DNA from: Candidatus Zixiibacteriota bacterium
Lineage (GTDB): Bacteria > Zixibacteria > MSB-5A5 > GN15 > FEB-12
Length of the DNA stretch: 39,673 bases
Direction: 5' to 3'
Assembly (NCBI GenBank): GCA_049324195.1
Contig: JBMOKZ010000406.1
Coordinates: 1 to 39,673 of the forward strand
The notes under the pieces were generated by a model that made no database searches, had not been told where the DNA came from, and saw only the letters and a list, made by a program, of their open reading frames with translations. Of this stretch, positions 16,849 to 26,216 are shown in pieces. The position numbers and the translations under genes were made by a program. Numbering within the stretch: position 1 is the first letter of the stretch; every line of letters begins with the position of its first letter.

Positions 16849-18165
16849 TCACCTCTTTTCAGATTGACTTTTACTCTCCTTCCCTTGAACAAGTCGTTTG
16901 ATATCCCGCCTTACCCTGGGCAGACATAAAAACAGCAGGATAATAAAAATCAGCAGCCGGTTAATCAGGAAAAGGATAGCGGAACTGCCGTTTTCGAAAA
17001 AGCCAAGATAAATGTTCTGGAAGATAGTGAATACGAAAATGATACCGATTAGACCGTACTCTTTAATCAGGCGGGTCTGGACAAACCAGCGGTCAGCCCA
17101 ACCGGTCGCCAGACCGAAAAAGTACGACACCGCCGCCACTCCGAAAAACCCGAAATTTATCAGAGCCTCGCCGATAAAACTGGCCCGCATCCCCCCCGAA
17201 AGATTGGGGTCCGCGCCCTCGAGACTCATAATATAACGCATATAATTAAATTGCGCTTTAAATTCAAACCATTCGGTCGGGATAAAACTCAACAAGCCGG
17301 CCAGATAAGTTTTCCCCCACAGCAATTGCCCGTTGTCGATTGTCAATAGCCGGGTCAATTCGCGCACTCCGACAAAAAAGCTCATCGCAATCGAAAACGC
17401 CACTTTTTCCACCAGGTTATTCTCCCCGACCGAATCGATATGCAACACCACCCCCATAACCATCAGCGCGGCAATTATTAGCACAAACTTCTTAAAGCTA
17501 TTTCTCGCAATAGAATAAGCCAGGCCGAAGTGTAAAAAGGGCATCAACAACGGTCCTCTTTTAGCCGTCAGCAGAATCAACCCACCGGACACCACTGAGA
17601 GGATTATCCAATTAAGACGGTTTCGCGCCTGAAAAATCATGGCCAGGGAGAAAGTGAGAATGACGGTCAGGGTATTAAGAGCGAAAGTATAAAACGGCCG
17701 GTACTTGACATAGATATCGATATCACCCTGAAAATACTTGGTAATATTTGTTTCGCCGGCCAACAGTGGAATATAACCGACCGCCTGGAAGGTCAATCCC
17801 AGAAAAATACCGCATAACCCCAGCAACACCCAGGGAACATAGTTAACCACTTCCATCCGTATTTCGGCGATGGGTTCCAGATACATCGAGTACGGTTTCA
17901 TCAGGCGGAACTGAACCAGACCGATGGCAAAGAGAACAAATGCCAGTAAATACAGGTTCACCGTTTTGGGCAGCAAGCCAGTGTCAATTACCCCGACCAG
18001 TTTTGAACTGATCGGAAAAAGCATCAGACCAAACAGCACCATCGCCAGCCAGTACAGCACAAGGATGTTGGCGGGACGAAGAAGCGGCTGCCGCACCAGT
18101 ACCGGGGTTAGAATAAGCATCAACGTTATTTGCGGCCAATATTCGCCGAGTAAAGATAAAAACAT
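16849..18165 (-). CDS. wzy: Polytopic membrane protein, probable O-antigen/oligosaccharide repeat-unit polymerase (Wzy-like)
   Basis: 438 aa with at least 10 TM segments, lower GC than its neighbours, and located between wzx and glycosyltransferases. The call rests on context and topology, not on a sequence motif. Confidence 0.55.
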   Translation of the reverse strand: MFLSLLGEYWPQITLMLILTPVLVRQPLLRPANILVLYWLAMVLFGLMLFPISSKLVGVIDTGLLPKTVNLYLLAFVLFAIGLVQFRLMKPYSMYLEPIAEIRMEVVNYVPWVLLGLCGIFLGLTFQAVGYIPLLAGETNITKYFQGDIDIYVKYRPFYTFALNTLTVILTFSLAMIFQARNRLNWIILSVVSGGLILLTAKRGPLLMPFLHFGLAYSIARNSFKKFVLIIAALMVMGVVLHIDSVGENNLVEKVAFSIAMSFFVGVRELTRLLTIDNGQLLWGKTYLAGLLSFIPTEWFEFKAQFNYMRYIMSLEGADPNLSGGMRASFIGEALINFGFFGVAAVSYFFGLATGWADRWFVQTRLIKEYGLIGIIFVFTIFQNIYLGFFENGSSAILFLINRLLIFIILLFLCLPRVRRDIKRLVQGKESKSQSEKR

Positions 18166-18185
18166 GATTCAGGACTCAATTACCG

Positions 18186-19655
18186 TTAGAGATTATCCGG
18201 GTTGATGGCTGGTGAAACCCCGGTTACCCGTTGAAGGATAATATTAAACCCTTCGTACAATTTATCAATATTTTCTTTCTGCAGCACCTTTTTGTGCAAA
18301 TCCATTTTGGCGACGTTGAAATTCCCCTCGAACGACTGTCTTCTCAGAGCAATCATAAACCGGATAATATCGTCATCATTGCCGAGCTTTTCCGCACCGG
18401 TTTCGAGCGCCCGATTGGTCGCCAGCCGGACGGCGAGTTCCTCGAAATGGCTGATTCTTTCAGCCCCTTTGATATGCTGATAAAAAACCCGCCCGAGAAT
18501 ATAAACCGGTCGGTTCAAAAGCAGCGCCTCCCAACCCATCGTACTGGAGAGCACGATCACACCCATGCTCCGGCAGATCAACTCCGGGGTGTTTTCGTCC
18601 GGGGCAATCAAACGCACGTTGTGAATTGCCTTGATTTCGTTATAAAATTCAACAGAATGCCGCCCCAGGGCGCTTACATGTTCCTTGACGTACAAAAGCC
18701 GATCAACCGGAAGGGTTTTCGAAATATTCCTGATCGTATCCAGCTGGTCCACGTACCATCGAGAAAGCACCAAGGTTGAGGCTTCGGGTTGTAGATGCAG
18801 CGGGAAAAGATAGTAACGGTCCGAGGAAGACACCGGGTCAAATATTTTCTCTTTACGGCGCATCACCCATTGCGCCCGGATTATTTTCTTCAAATCCCGG
18901 AGAGCATACCACCAGGGCGGCTGGGTGATATAATCGCCGGTTTTCCGACCCCACCCCTTCAAATACCAGTTACGACTGCGCACTAAAAATTCGTTTATGA
19001 AAACCGGTTTAAGTCTGAACGCCTGATAAGAGGCTTTCATATAATAGGGCTGCTCGGTCTTTTTCCGAAAGTTTTCGAGATATTCCTTTGCGGCCCGGTA
19101 TTCCTCGTTGGAAAACGCCGCGCCTTCCTGAAGAGCCTTATATTCCTCATCTACCAGATTCCAGCTTCCCCCTTTACCCAGCGACACCGTGAACCGGGGT
19201 GAGCTTCCCCGGGTAGAATACAAAGACAAGTGAGGAATCCGGAACCGGCGGCACACCGCCAGCGTAACGAGGTTATAAAGGTACGCAATTCCGGTCGAGA
19301 AATAATAATCCGGCTTTTCCCGGAAAAAAGCGTTTTCGATAGCCTTAAAGGTGTTCACCAGCGCCCGGCTTTGCTCATCTCTGGGAAAATGCGACAAAAA
19401 ACGGTCGGCGGTCAGAAACGAAGCCGGTTGGAAGGAACCATATTCCTTCTCCAGACGTTCGAGTTCAATTCGTAAGTCGGTTCTGTTGTCGGTCTGAATA
19501 TCGATCGGGTACGTTCGAGGAAATTGCTGCCAGAAACTTTTCCAGCGGCGACCCATCGTCAAACCGTAAACTTCGTGGCCGTCCGCAACATAACGCTGTC
19601 CGATACGGGCGAAAATCGGCGCCTCGTCACATACGAAATCGAAGGCTATTTTCAT
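18186..19655 (-). CDS. Capsule_synth (KpsS/KpsC-like) family glycosyltransferase
   Basis: 489 aa. The segment YYLFPLHLQPEASTLVLSRWYVDQLDTIRNISKTLPVDRLLYVKEHV...VIVLSSTMGWEALLLNRPVYILG resembles the LFPLQ...D / KxHP core of capsule biosynthesis KpsS/LipB-type proteins. An ATGA overlap joins it to wzx. Confidence 0.6.
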   Translation of the reverse strand: MKIAFDFVCDEAPIFARIGQRYVADGHEVYGLTMGRRWKSFWQQFPRTYPIDIQTDNRTDLRIELERLEKEYGSFQPASFLTADRFLSHFPRDEQSRALVNTFKAIENAFFREKPDYYFSTGIAYLYNLVTLAVCRRFRIPHLSLYSTRGSSPRFTVSLGKGGSWNLVDEEYKALQEGAAFSNEEYRAAKEYLENFRKKTEQPYYMKASYQAFRLKPVFINEFLVRSRNWYLKGWGRKTGDYITQPPWWYALRDLKKIIRAQWVMRRKEKIFDPVSSSDRYYLFPLHLQPEASTLVLSRWYVDQLDTIRNISKTLPVDRLLYVKEHVSALGRHSVEFYNEIKAIHNVRLIAPDENTPELICRSMGVIVLSSTMGWEALLLNRPVYILGRVFYQHIKGAERISHFEELAVRLATNRALETGAEKLGNDDDIIRFMIALRRQSFEGNFNVAKMDLHKKVLQKENIDKLYEGFNIILQRVTGVSPAINPDNL

Positions 19656-20923
19656 AACATCACTTCCCTCCGTTCATCCCCGATTTTTGCCGGACGACAG
19701 TCACGATAGCGCCGAAGATAATAGAGTTTTAAAACCAGCAGCAGCGAATAACCGGTCAGACCGCTGTAGGCGGCACCCGTGATCCCGTAAACAGGCACCA
19801 GGAAAAAATTGAGCGAAAGGCTGACCACCACAGCAATGACCGTGCTGAGAAAAATCTGTTTGTCCTTATGCCGCACAAACAGACCGTAATGGGGTATAAA
19901 ACTGATCGCCAGGATACTGACCGCGATAATCAGAATCCAGAACACCGGCAGATAATCGGCATAGACGGATTTTTTAACCACTTTTAATAGCGGCCCGATC
20001 GCCAGCGCCAGTCCGAGCGCAAGCACCGCCGTACCAACCAGCACGCCGCCGATCAACTTGCGCATTAACAGGCGATAATTCTCATAGTTTCTTTTCTGGA
20101 AGGCGTCAATCACTTTTGGATACAAAATCGAGATGACGCCGGTAAATACGAACGTCTGGATGACGTTGGCGATATTGGCGTAGAACGTATAAAAACCGAC
20201 CATATCTTCGCCATGATAACTCTGAATAAAGAATCGGTCGGCATACTGCACCCCCAGCAAAGCCATCGTCGCTCCGAAAAACGGCAGGGCACCCTTAAAG
20301 CCTTTTTTCAGCCAACCCCAGTTGATGGAAACGTTAAGTGTCTCCCGCCAGGACAGATGTCTAAGCGACACGGCGGTCATCGTCACGCACAACATCGCCC
20401 CGACACACCACAGCGCCCAGATACACTGCAGGGTGCGAGAGTCTCTATAAAAATAACCGGCAGCAATAACGGCGTAAACCCAGATACCGCTGCGCAGGAA
20501 AAGGACGATATTGGCCATGGTCGGCCGCGACAGGGTTATTAAAAGCCGGTGGGATTCCTGCGAAAGATGTTCCAAAATCAGCAGGACATAAAACCACCCG
20601 ATATATTGCCACGCAATAAACTTGAAAATAAATAAAATCAGCAAAAGCGGCAGTACGATAAGATAAACCAGAGCATGAAAAACCAGTTGATCGCGAATGA
20701 GCGGAGTGCAACATTCTTCGGTCTGGGCGATTATCTCACGAGTATTGAACGTATAAAAATCCATCCCCAGCAGATACAGGGAAATAGCGATACTGACCGA
20801 GACCAGCCCGTAGATACCCAGTTCCGCCGGTGTCAGATAGGAGGCGATATAGATAAGCAGGATGAACTTGCTGATGAGAGTCAGTCCCCGCAGCATGATG
20901 TTTATCAAGCTGGTTTTTATCAT
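19652..20923 (-). CDS. wzx: Wzx-type oligosaccharide flippase (MOP superfamily)
   Basis: 423 aa, about 12 TM. N-terminus MIKTSLINIMLRGLTLISKFILLIYIASYLTPAELGIYGLV is typical of polysaccharide biosynthesis protein flippases. Confidence 0.8.
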   Translation of the reverse strand: MIKTSLINIMLRGLTLISKFILLIYIASYLTPAELGIYGLVSVSIAISLYLLGMDFYTFNTREIIAQTEECCTPLIRDQLVFHALVYLIVLPLLLILFIFKFIAWQYIGWFYVLLILEHLSQESHRLLITLSRPTMANIVLFLRSGIWVYAVIAAGYFYRDSRTLQCIWALWCVGAMLCVTMTAVSLRHLSWRETLNVSINWGWLKKGFKGALPFFGATMALLGVQYADRFFIQSYHGEDMVGFYTFYANIANVIQTFVFTGVISILYPKVIDAFQKRNYENYRLLMRKLIGGVLVGTAVLALGLALAIGPLLKVVKKSVYADYLPVFWILIIAVSILAISFIPHYGLFVRHKDKQIFLSTVIAVVVSLSLNFFLVPVYGITGAAYSGLTGYSLLLVLKLYYLRRYRDCRPAKIGDERREVML

Positions 20924-20924
20924 G

Positions 20925-21980
20925 TTAAATTAAATCCCAGGTGACCGGCGTACCTTTCCTGACATCGCGGGTGACTTTTTTCCCCATAACTATTTCATAA
21001 TACTTGGGCGGCAATCCCAGGCCGGGCCTGATAACCCTGAGGTTTTCAGGCGTAAAAACGTCTCCGGCCCGCATATCGACGGCGACATAGAGACTGCGAC
21101 GGTACTTCAACGACGTTTTTTCTTTATCCGTCGCCCCGTAATGCACCCGTCCGCCAGCCTGCCAGGCCCGTTCGGTTTCAATTACCAGATTGCGCATTTC
21201 AGCCGGCTCCATCGAAAAGGCGGAATCCACTCCGCCGTCAGCCCGGTTCAGGGTAAAATGCTTCTCAATAAACGTCGCCCCCAGGGCTACGCCCGCTATC
21301 GCGACTCCGACTCCCAACGAGTGGTCCGACAGGCCCACCTGGACGCCGAACAGCTCGCGCATATGCGGAATCGTGCGGATATGGCTGTTTTCGGGAGTCG
21401 CCGGATAGGTGCTGGTGCATTTCAATAAAATGATTTCATTCACTCCAGCTTCGCGGATAGTGCGCACCGTCTCTTCGAGTTCGTCCACCCGGGCCATCCC
21501 GGTCGAAATTATCACCGGTTTACCGGTCGCGGCGATGCGCTTTATCAGGGGCAGATCGGTGTTCTCAAACGAAGCTACTTTGTAGCACGGAACATTCAAC
21601 CCCTCGAGGTAATCCACAGCGCTGATATCGAAGGGTGTGCTGAAACCTGCCAAACCCAGTTCGCGGCACAGGTCAAAAATCGGCCGATGCCATTCCCAGG
21701 GCGTATAGGCCTGCTGATACAACCGGTACAGCGACTGCCCCCGCCACAGGCTGTCGGGGTCGTCGATATGAAATTCGTTCTCGTCGATATCGAGCGTCAT
21801 GGTATCGGCGGTGTAGGTTTGAATTTTCAATCCCTGCACGCCCGCCTGGGCGGCCGCTCGTACGATATCCAGCGCCCGCTCCAGCGACTGGTTGTGGTTG
21901 CCCGATAATTCGGCCACGATAAACGGCCGATACCCCGGACCGATTCTGAAATCGCCTATTTGAATGAACTCTTTTTCCAT
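20925..21980 (-). CDS. pseI: Pseudaminic acid synthase (NeuB family, with C-terminal SAF domain)
   Basis: PFIVAELSGNHNQSLERALDIVRAAAQAGVQGLKIQTYTADTMT matches the PseI/NeuB3 N-terminus. SD ggagtgg is upstream. Confidence 0.88.
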   Translation of the reverse strand: MEKEFIQIGDFRIGPGYRPFIVAELSGNHNQSLERALDIVRAAAQAGVQGLKIQTYTADTMTLDIDENEFHIDDPDSLWRGQSLYRLYQQAYTPWEWHRPIFDLCRELGLAGFSTPFDISAVDYLEGLNVPCYKVASFENTDLPLIKRIAATGKPVIISTGMARVDELEETVRTIREAGVNEIILLKCTSTYPATPENSHIRTIPHMRELFGVQVGLSDHSLGVGVAIAGVALGATFIEKHFTLNRADGGVDSAFSMEPAEMRNLVIETERAWQAGGRVHYGATDKEKTSLKYRRSLYVAVDMRAGDVFTPENLRVIRPGLGLPPKYYEIVMGKKVTRDVRKGTPVTWDLI

Positions 21981-21996
21981 GTTCCACTCCGCTTAT

Positions 21997-22413
21997 TTAT
22001 CGCGGCGGAGAGACCAGCGCCTCGCCGTCGACCACCGTATCACCGTTCTGGTTGATACAGCTCGTCCTCAGCACCACTCTTTTTTTCTCGTCCTTTTTCT
22101 CGATGACTTCCACGCGGGCGGTGATGGTGTCGCCGATATAAACCGGCGCCAGGAATTTCACCGTCTGTGACATATAAATCGTCCCGTTGCCCGGCAGTAG
22201 ATTCCCCAGGACATTGGAAATCAGGCCGCACACCAGAATACCATGGGCGATGCGTTTTCCAAAAGCGGTGCCGGCGGCGTAAACCTCGTTGACGTGCGCC
22301 GGATTCATGTCCCCGGTGATGCCGGCGAAAAGATAAACGTCGCTCTCCGATATGGTCCGGCTGACTTCGGCTTGGTCGCCGATACTTAAGTCATCATACG
22401 TTAATCTGGCCAT
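21997..22413 (-). CDS. MaoC-like (R)-specific enoyl-CoA hydratase / hot-dog fold dehydratase
   Basis: 138 aa. FAGITGDMNPAHVNEVYAAGTAFGKRIAHGIL is the MaoC hydratase motif (D-x-N-P-x-H ... G). A strong SD gaggag is upstream. Confidence 0.85.
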   Translation of the reverse strand: MARLTYDDLSIGDQAEVSRTISESDVYLFAGITGDMNPAHVNEVYAAGTAFGKRIAHGILVCGLISNVLGNLLPGNGTIYMSQTVKFLAPVYIGDTITARVEVIEKKDEKKRVVLRTSCINQNGDTVVDGEALVSPPR

Positions 22414-22433
22414 TCTGATACTCCTCGGATTGA

Positions 22434-22982
22434 TTAATCGAATTTCGCCTTTACGTACTCGTGTTTACCCCTGATTTTTTTCTCCCAATCTTCTCTGAGG
22501 ATCCCCATTTCCACGATGTCGTGAAACTCTCCCCTCTTGAAAATATGCCGGCGGCGGTTCCCCTCGATTTTTGAGCCGTACTTCTCGTGAATTCTGACCA
22601 CCAGTTCGTTGTTACCGAGCACCTCACAGCAGAGCTTGTTCAATTTCAGGTTTTCAAAAACATATTCGAGAACATTAAGCTCAACACTTTTGCCGATTCC
22701 TTTCCCGCGCACGGTCGGTGAGGCCAGGTAATAAGCCCACTCACAACGCTGGTTCAAATCGTCGATTCTGACAATGGACAGCAAACCGACATCTTCGCCG
22801 TCGACATTAATCAGCCAATCCCGACGGGTATTGTCTTTATTGATAGCTTCATACCATTTCTGCTGGATCTCGATTTTAGGCTCGAAATCGGTGTACATGT
22901 AATCAGCGACCTCGGGCATGGTCCGCCATTCCAAAATCATCGGTAAATCATCGGGATTTATATTGCGAAATCTCAGATTCAT
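22434..22982 (-). CDS. pseH: GNAT N-acetyltransferase, PseH-type (UDP-4-amino-4,6-dideoxy-N-acetyl-beta-L-altrosamine N-acetyltransferase)
   Basis: 182 aa from the ATG at 22982 (MNLRFRNINPDDLPMILEWR), 7 nt after aggagg. GNAT motif A is VRGKGIGKS. The position between pseG and pseI supports the call. Confidence 0.75.
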   Translation of the reverse strand: MNLRFRNINPDDLPMILEWRTMPEVADYMYTDFEPKIEIQQKWYEAINKDNTRRDWLINVDGEDVGLLSIVRIDDLNQRCEWAYYLASPTVRGKGIGKSVELNVLEYVFENLKLNKLCCEVLGNNELVVRIHEKYGSKIEGNRRRHIFKRGEFHDIVEMGILREDWEKKIRGKHEYVKAKFD

Positions 22983-23080
22983 GACTGTTTCCTCCTGAAA
23001 TTTTACCATCCATAAAATGTCACAGCGAATTATAAAATATGAAATCCGGGATATGCCTGTCAAAATTTAAAAAACGTGAA

Positions 23081-24193
23081 TTATCCCTGTTTTTTGACAG
23101 AAACGAATTTCAAGATATTTTTTACGACTTTATCTGCGCCCCGGCCGTCAACCAGCTCCATGCCGACAGTGCTCATTTTCCGAAGTTTTTCAGGGTTTGA
23201 AACCAGTTCTCGAACTGCCTGACAGATATCGTCCACGTCGACCTCGTGATTCATACCCAGGTAACGGGCAAAACCAGCCTTTTCGGACAACCGCGCGACC
23301 TCAACCTGGTTTTCGGCCACCGCCAGGGTGACGGTCGGAAGACCCAGGCAACAGCGCTCCCAGGTACTGGTGCCCCCGGCTCCGACACATAAATCCGTTC
23401 CGGCCATCAGCTGCGCCATATTATCAATATTTCGATGATAACCGGTCCTTGGCAGGCCGGCACAGACTTTTTTTATTTTCTCAGCTTGCGGATTGGTTTG
23501 CCCGACCACGATTTCGAAAGTCAAATCCCTGAAATCAGGTAAGGTTGCCATTGCCAGCGCTTTCATCGTATCGTTGCCGGTATCGGTGCCTCCGAACGAA
23601 ATCAGCAGACGCCCGACCCGCCCGTTTCGTTTTTTAAGGTTCCGGCGAGCCTGGCGAAACTCGTCCCGAAGCAGCACAAATTCCGGGCCGAGCAAAAGAT
23701 GAGCCCCGGTCGGAACCAAGCCGTCATAACGGGTTTCCAGCCGTTCATACAGGTTCTGGTCGAGCAGAATGTCGCAATCGTGACGTCGGTTGGCCAGGTC
23801 GTCGATAACCATAATACCATCGACATAAGACCGCATCGTCGCTTCCCAGGCGGCGTCCAGACCATAATGGTCCACCACCAGCCAGTCAGCGTCACTCTCC
23901 GGTACCGATAAAACAGCCCTTGTCTGTTCGGCGTCGTATTCCTTTTCCACGCCTCGCCAGCGGTCGTACAGGGATCGGTCCGGGTCGTTCATCAATTTAT
24001 CATCGTCCAGCGGCAGGCGATGTACTTTAAATCCTTTTAACACCGCCCGTTCAATAATATTGCCTGGGTGCTCCCGGCAGATAAAAACAACTTCGACCCC
24101 GTTCCGGCGCAATTCCTCGGCCAGCGTCAGACAGCGCATCATGTGCCCGGTGCCGATTAAAAGCGACGAATCTGTGCGGACGACCACTTTCAT
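23081..24193 (-). CDS. pseG: UDP-2,4-diacetamido-2,4,6-trideoxy-beta-L-altropyranose hydrolase
   Basis: MKVVVRTDSSLLIGTGHMMRCLTLAEEL is the canonical PseG N-terminus. The ATG at 24193 overlaps the pseF stop as ATGA. Confidence 0.85.
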   Translation of the reverse strand: MKVVVRTDSSLLIGTGHMMRCLTLAEELRRNGVEVVFICREHPGNIIERAVLKGFKVHRLPLDDDKLMNDPDRSLYDRWRGVEKEYDAEQTRAVLSVPESDADWLVVDHYGLDAAWEATMRSYVDGIMVIDDLANRRHDCDILLDQNLYERLETRYDGLVPTGAHLLLGPEFVLLRDEFRQARRNLKKRNGRVGRLLISFGGTDTGNDTMKALAMATLPDFRDLTFEIVVGQTNPQAEKIKKVCAGLPRTGYHRNIDNMAQLMAGTDLCVGAGGTSTWERCCLGLPTVTLAVAENQVEVARLSEKAGFARYLGMNHEVDVDDICQAVRELVSNPEKLRKMSTVGMELVDGRGADKVVKNILKFVSVKKQG

Positions 24194-24927
24194 TCTTCCA
24201 GCGCCTTTTGTACGATATGGCGGTTGATAGCTTCCCAATCTGGATGCTGCTCGAATAACTGAAGACAATCTTCGAGCCGGAATTCAGGCTTGCGGGGATA
24301 GAGCGCCTCGAGCATCCGGCTGACCAGTTCAAAATCGTCCGCGGTGTCGACCGTCCAGCGATAGTGGCTGACATCGAGCAGGCGCGGGACGTTCAATAAA
24401 CGATATTTTTCGGGATGTCTATAAATATAAGCCGTCACGTGTTCCCGGTCGGTTTTTTCCGCCGTCAGCCCGTGAATTTCATCCAAAACCGTTTTCGGAA
24501 AAATCTCGCAATCAAGCCCCCGGGGGTAAGTCCGCACCAGCGTATTGGACGCATAGTCGAATCTACCCGCGTTTTCCAGAAAGGCGGCGATGACGCCATC
24601 AACTACTTCCGGGTCAATCAGGGGACAATCCGAGGTTACCCGCACGACCGCCTCGGCCTCATATTCCCCGGCCGTCCGATAATAGCGATCGAGCACATCA
24701 TCCTCGGAACCCCGAAAGCAGTTTATTTTTTTCTCCCGGCAGAAATTAAATACTTTATCATCTGCGGACTTATCGGTGGTGGCGACTACAATCGCCTCGG
24801 CGTTTTTTATTTCCCGGAGGCGTTCCAGATGATATTCAAGCAGCGGTTTGCCCAGAACTTCTTTGAAAATTTTACCGGGAAGACGGGTGGAACCGGTTCG
24901 GGCCTGGGTAATGACAACCGTTCTCAT
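24190..24927 (-). CDS. pseF: Cytidylyltransferase of the SpsF/PseF type (CMP-pseudaminic acid synthetase)
   Basis: ITQARTGSTRLPGKIFKEVLGKPLL is the SpsF/COG1861-type NTP-transferase motif. It sits in the pseC-pseF-pseG order seen in psaABCDEF-type loci. Confidence 0.8.
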   Translation of the reverse strand: MRTVVITQARTGSTRLPGKIFKEVLGKPLLEYHLERLREIKNAEAIVVATTDKSADDKVFNFCREKKINCFRGSEDDVLDRYYRTAGEYEAEAVVRVTSDCPLIDPEVVDGVIAAFLENAGRFDYASNTLVRTYPRGLDCEIFPKTVLDEIHGLTAEKTDREHVTAYIYRHPEKYRLLNVPRLLDVSHYRWTVDTADDFELVSRMLEALYPRKPEFRLEDCLQLFEQHPDWEAINRHIVQKALEE

Positions 24928-26216
24928 AGTTCTCTGGTCAAAATCCGTCTGAGGGTAACAATTACCCGCTCACAGTCCGTCTCGGTCAGTTCCGGGTACA
25001 TGGGAAGGCTCAGTGCTCGCCGGTAATAGCTGTCCGCGCCGGGGAAATCACCCGGTTTGTGTCCATATCGACCGGCATAATAAGGCTGGTACGGCACCGG
25101 GATATAATGCACCTGCGTTCCGATATTCTCCGCCCGTAATTTGTTCATGACCTCAGCCCGACTAACTCCCCAGCGGTCGAACTCGATGGCGACAACAAAC
25201 AGATGATAAGCGTTATATACACCGGCCCGGGTCGCCAGCGGTTTTACCGTACCTTCCGGGAAATTTTCATGCAACAATTGTCGATAATCAGCCGCTATTT
25301 TATTTCTCTTTTCGAGCGATCCCGTTAAACGGCGAAGCTGACTCATCCCCAGCGCCGCCTGGATATCGGTCAGACGGTAATTATAACCGAGTTCCGGCAT
25401 TTCGTAATACCAGGGATTGACCGAACCGTCGGAGGCGTACGCCATATCCCGGTTAATGAAGTCGTTTTTTCGTATCCCATGACTGCGGAATCTTTTCAGT
25501 TTTTCCTCGAGATCGGCTCTCGCTGTGGTAATCGCGCCGCCCTCGCCCATTGCGACGTGCTTGACCGGATGAAACGATAAGACGCTCATATCGGTATGAC
25601 TACCAGTTCCCACGTTGGTAACTTTTCCCTGACAGGAATACCGGGCTCCGAGCGCGTGACAGGCGTCATCGACCACGGCGGCACCGTGCTTTTTGGCCAG
25701 TTCGTGTATCGTTTCCAGATCGACCGGCTGACCGCCAAGGTGCACCGGTATGACGGCTCTTATTTTCCGATTTTTATCCGCAGATAGGATATTCTCCAGC
25801 GCCTCGGGCGACATTAACCCGGTCCGCGCGTCGATGTCAGCGAACTTGACCTCCGCACCCACAAACCGGGCGCAGTTGGCTGAAGCCAGAAAGGTTATCG
25901 GTGAGGTTACGATTTCGTCGTCGTTTCCCATTCCCAGTGCCATCATGGCCAGATGCAATGCGGCCGTGCCGCTGGAGCAGGCTACGGCGCGTTCGGCGCC
26001 GATTATGGCCGCCAGGGTGCGTTCAAAATCGTCGATATCCGGTCCCTGGGTCAGCCAGTCGGATTTCAGCACCTTCACGACCGCATCGATATCGTCGTCG
26101 GAGACATGTTGCCGACCATACGGCAGAAATTTCGGGGAGGCATCAGTCGAGGAAATATACTCAGCCCGTTTTTTTTCTCCCGTCCCCCGGGCCTCGCTGT
26201 TATTTTTGTCCCTCAC
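24924..26216 (-). CDS. pseC: DegT/DnrJ/EryC1-family PLP aminotransferase, PseC-type
   Basis: FLPYGRQHVSDDDIDAVVKVLKSDWLTQGPDIDDFERTLA is the PseC N-terminal signature. SFHPVKH carries the PLP lysine. The only available start is GTG at 26216, which overlaps pseB by 17 nt. Confidence 0.88.
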   Translation of the reverse strand: MRDKNNSEARGTGEKKRAEYISSTDASPKFLPYGRQHVSDDDIDAVVKVLKSDWLTQGPDIDDFERTLAAIIGAERAVACSSGTAALHLAMMALGMGNDDEIVTSPITFLASANCARFVGAEVKFADIDARTGLMSPEALENILSADKNRKIRAVIPVHLGGQPVDLETIHELAKKHGAAVVDDACHALGARYSCQGKVTNVGTGSHTDMSVLSFHPVKHVAMGEGGAITTARADLEEKLKRFRSHGIRKNDFINRDMAYASDGSVNPWYYEMPELGYNYRLTDIQAALGMSQLRRLTGSLEKRNKIAADYRQLLHENFPEGTVKPLATRAGVYNAYHLFVVAIEFDRWGVSRAEVMNKLRAENIGTQVHYIPVPYQPYYAGRYGHKPGDFPGADSYYRRALSLPMYPELTETDCERVIVTLRRILTREL

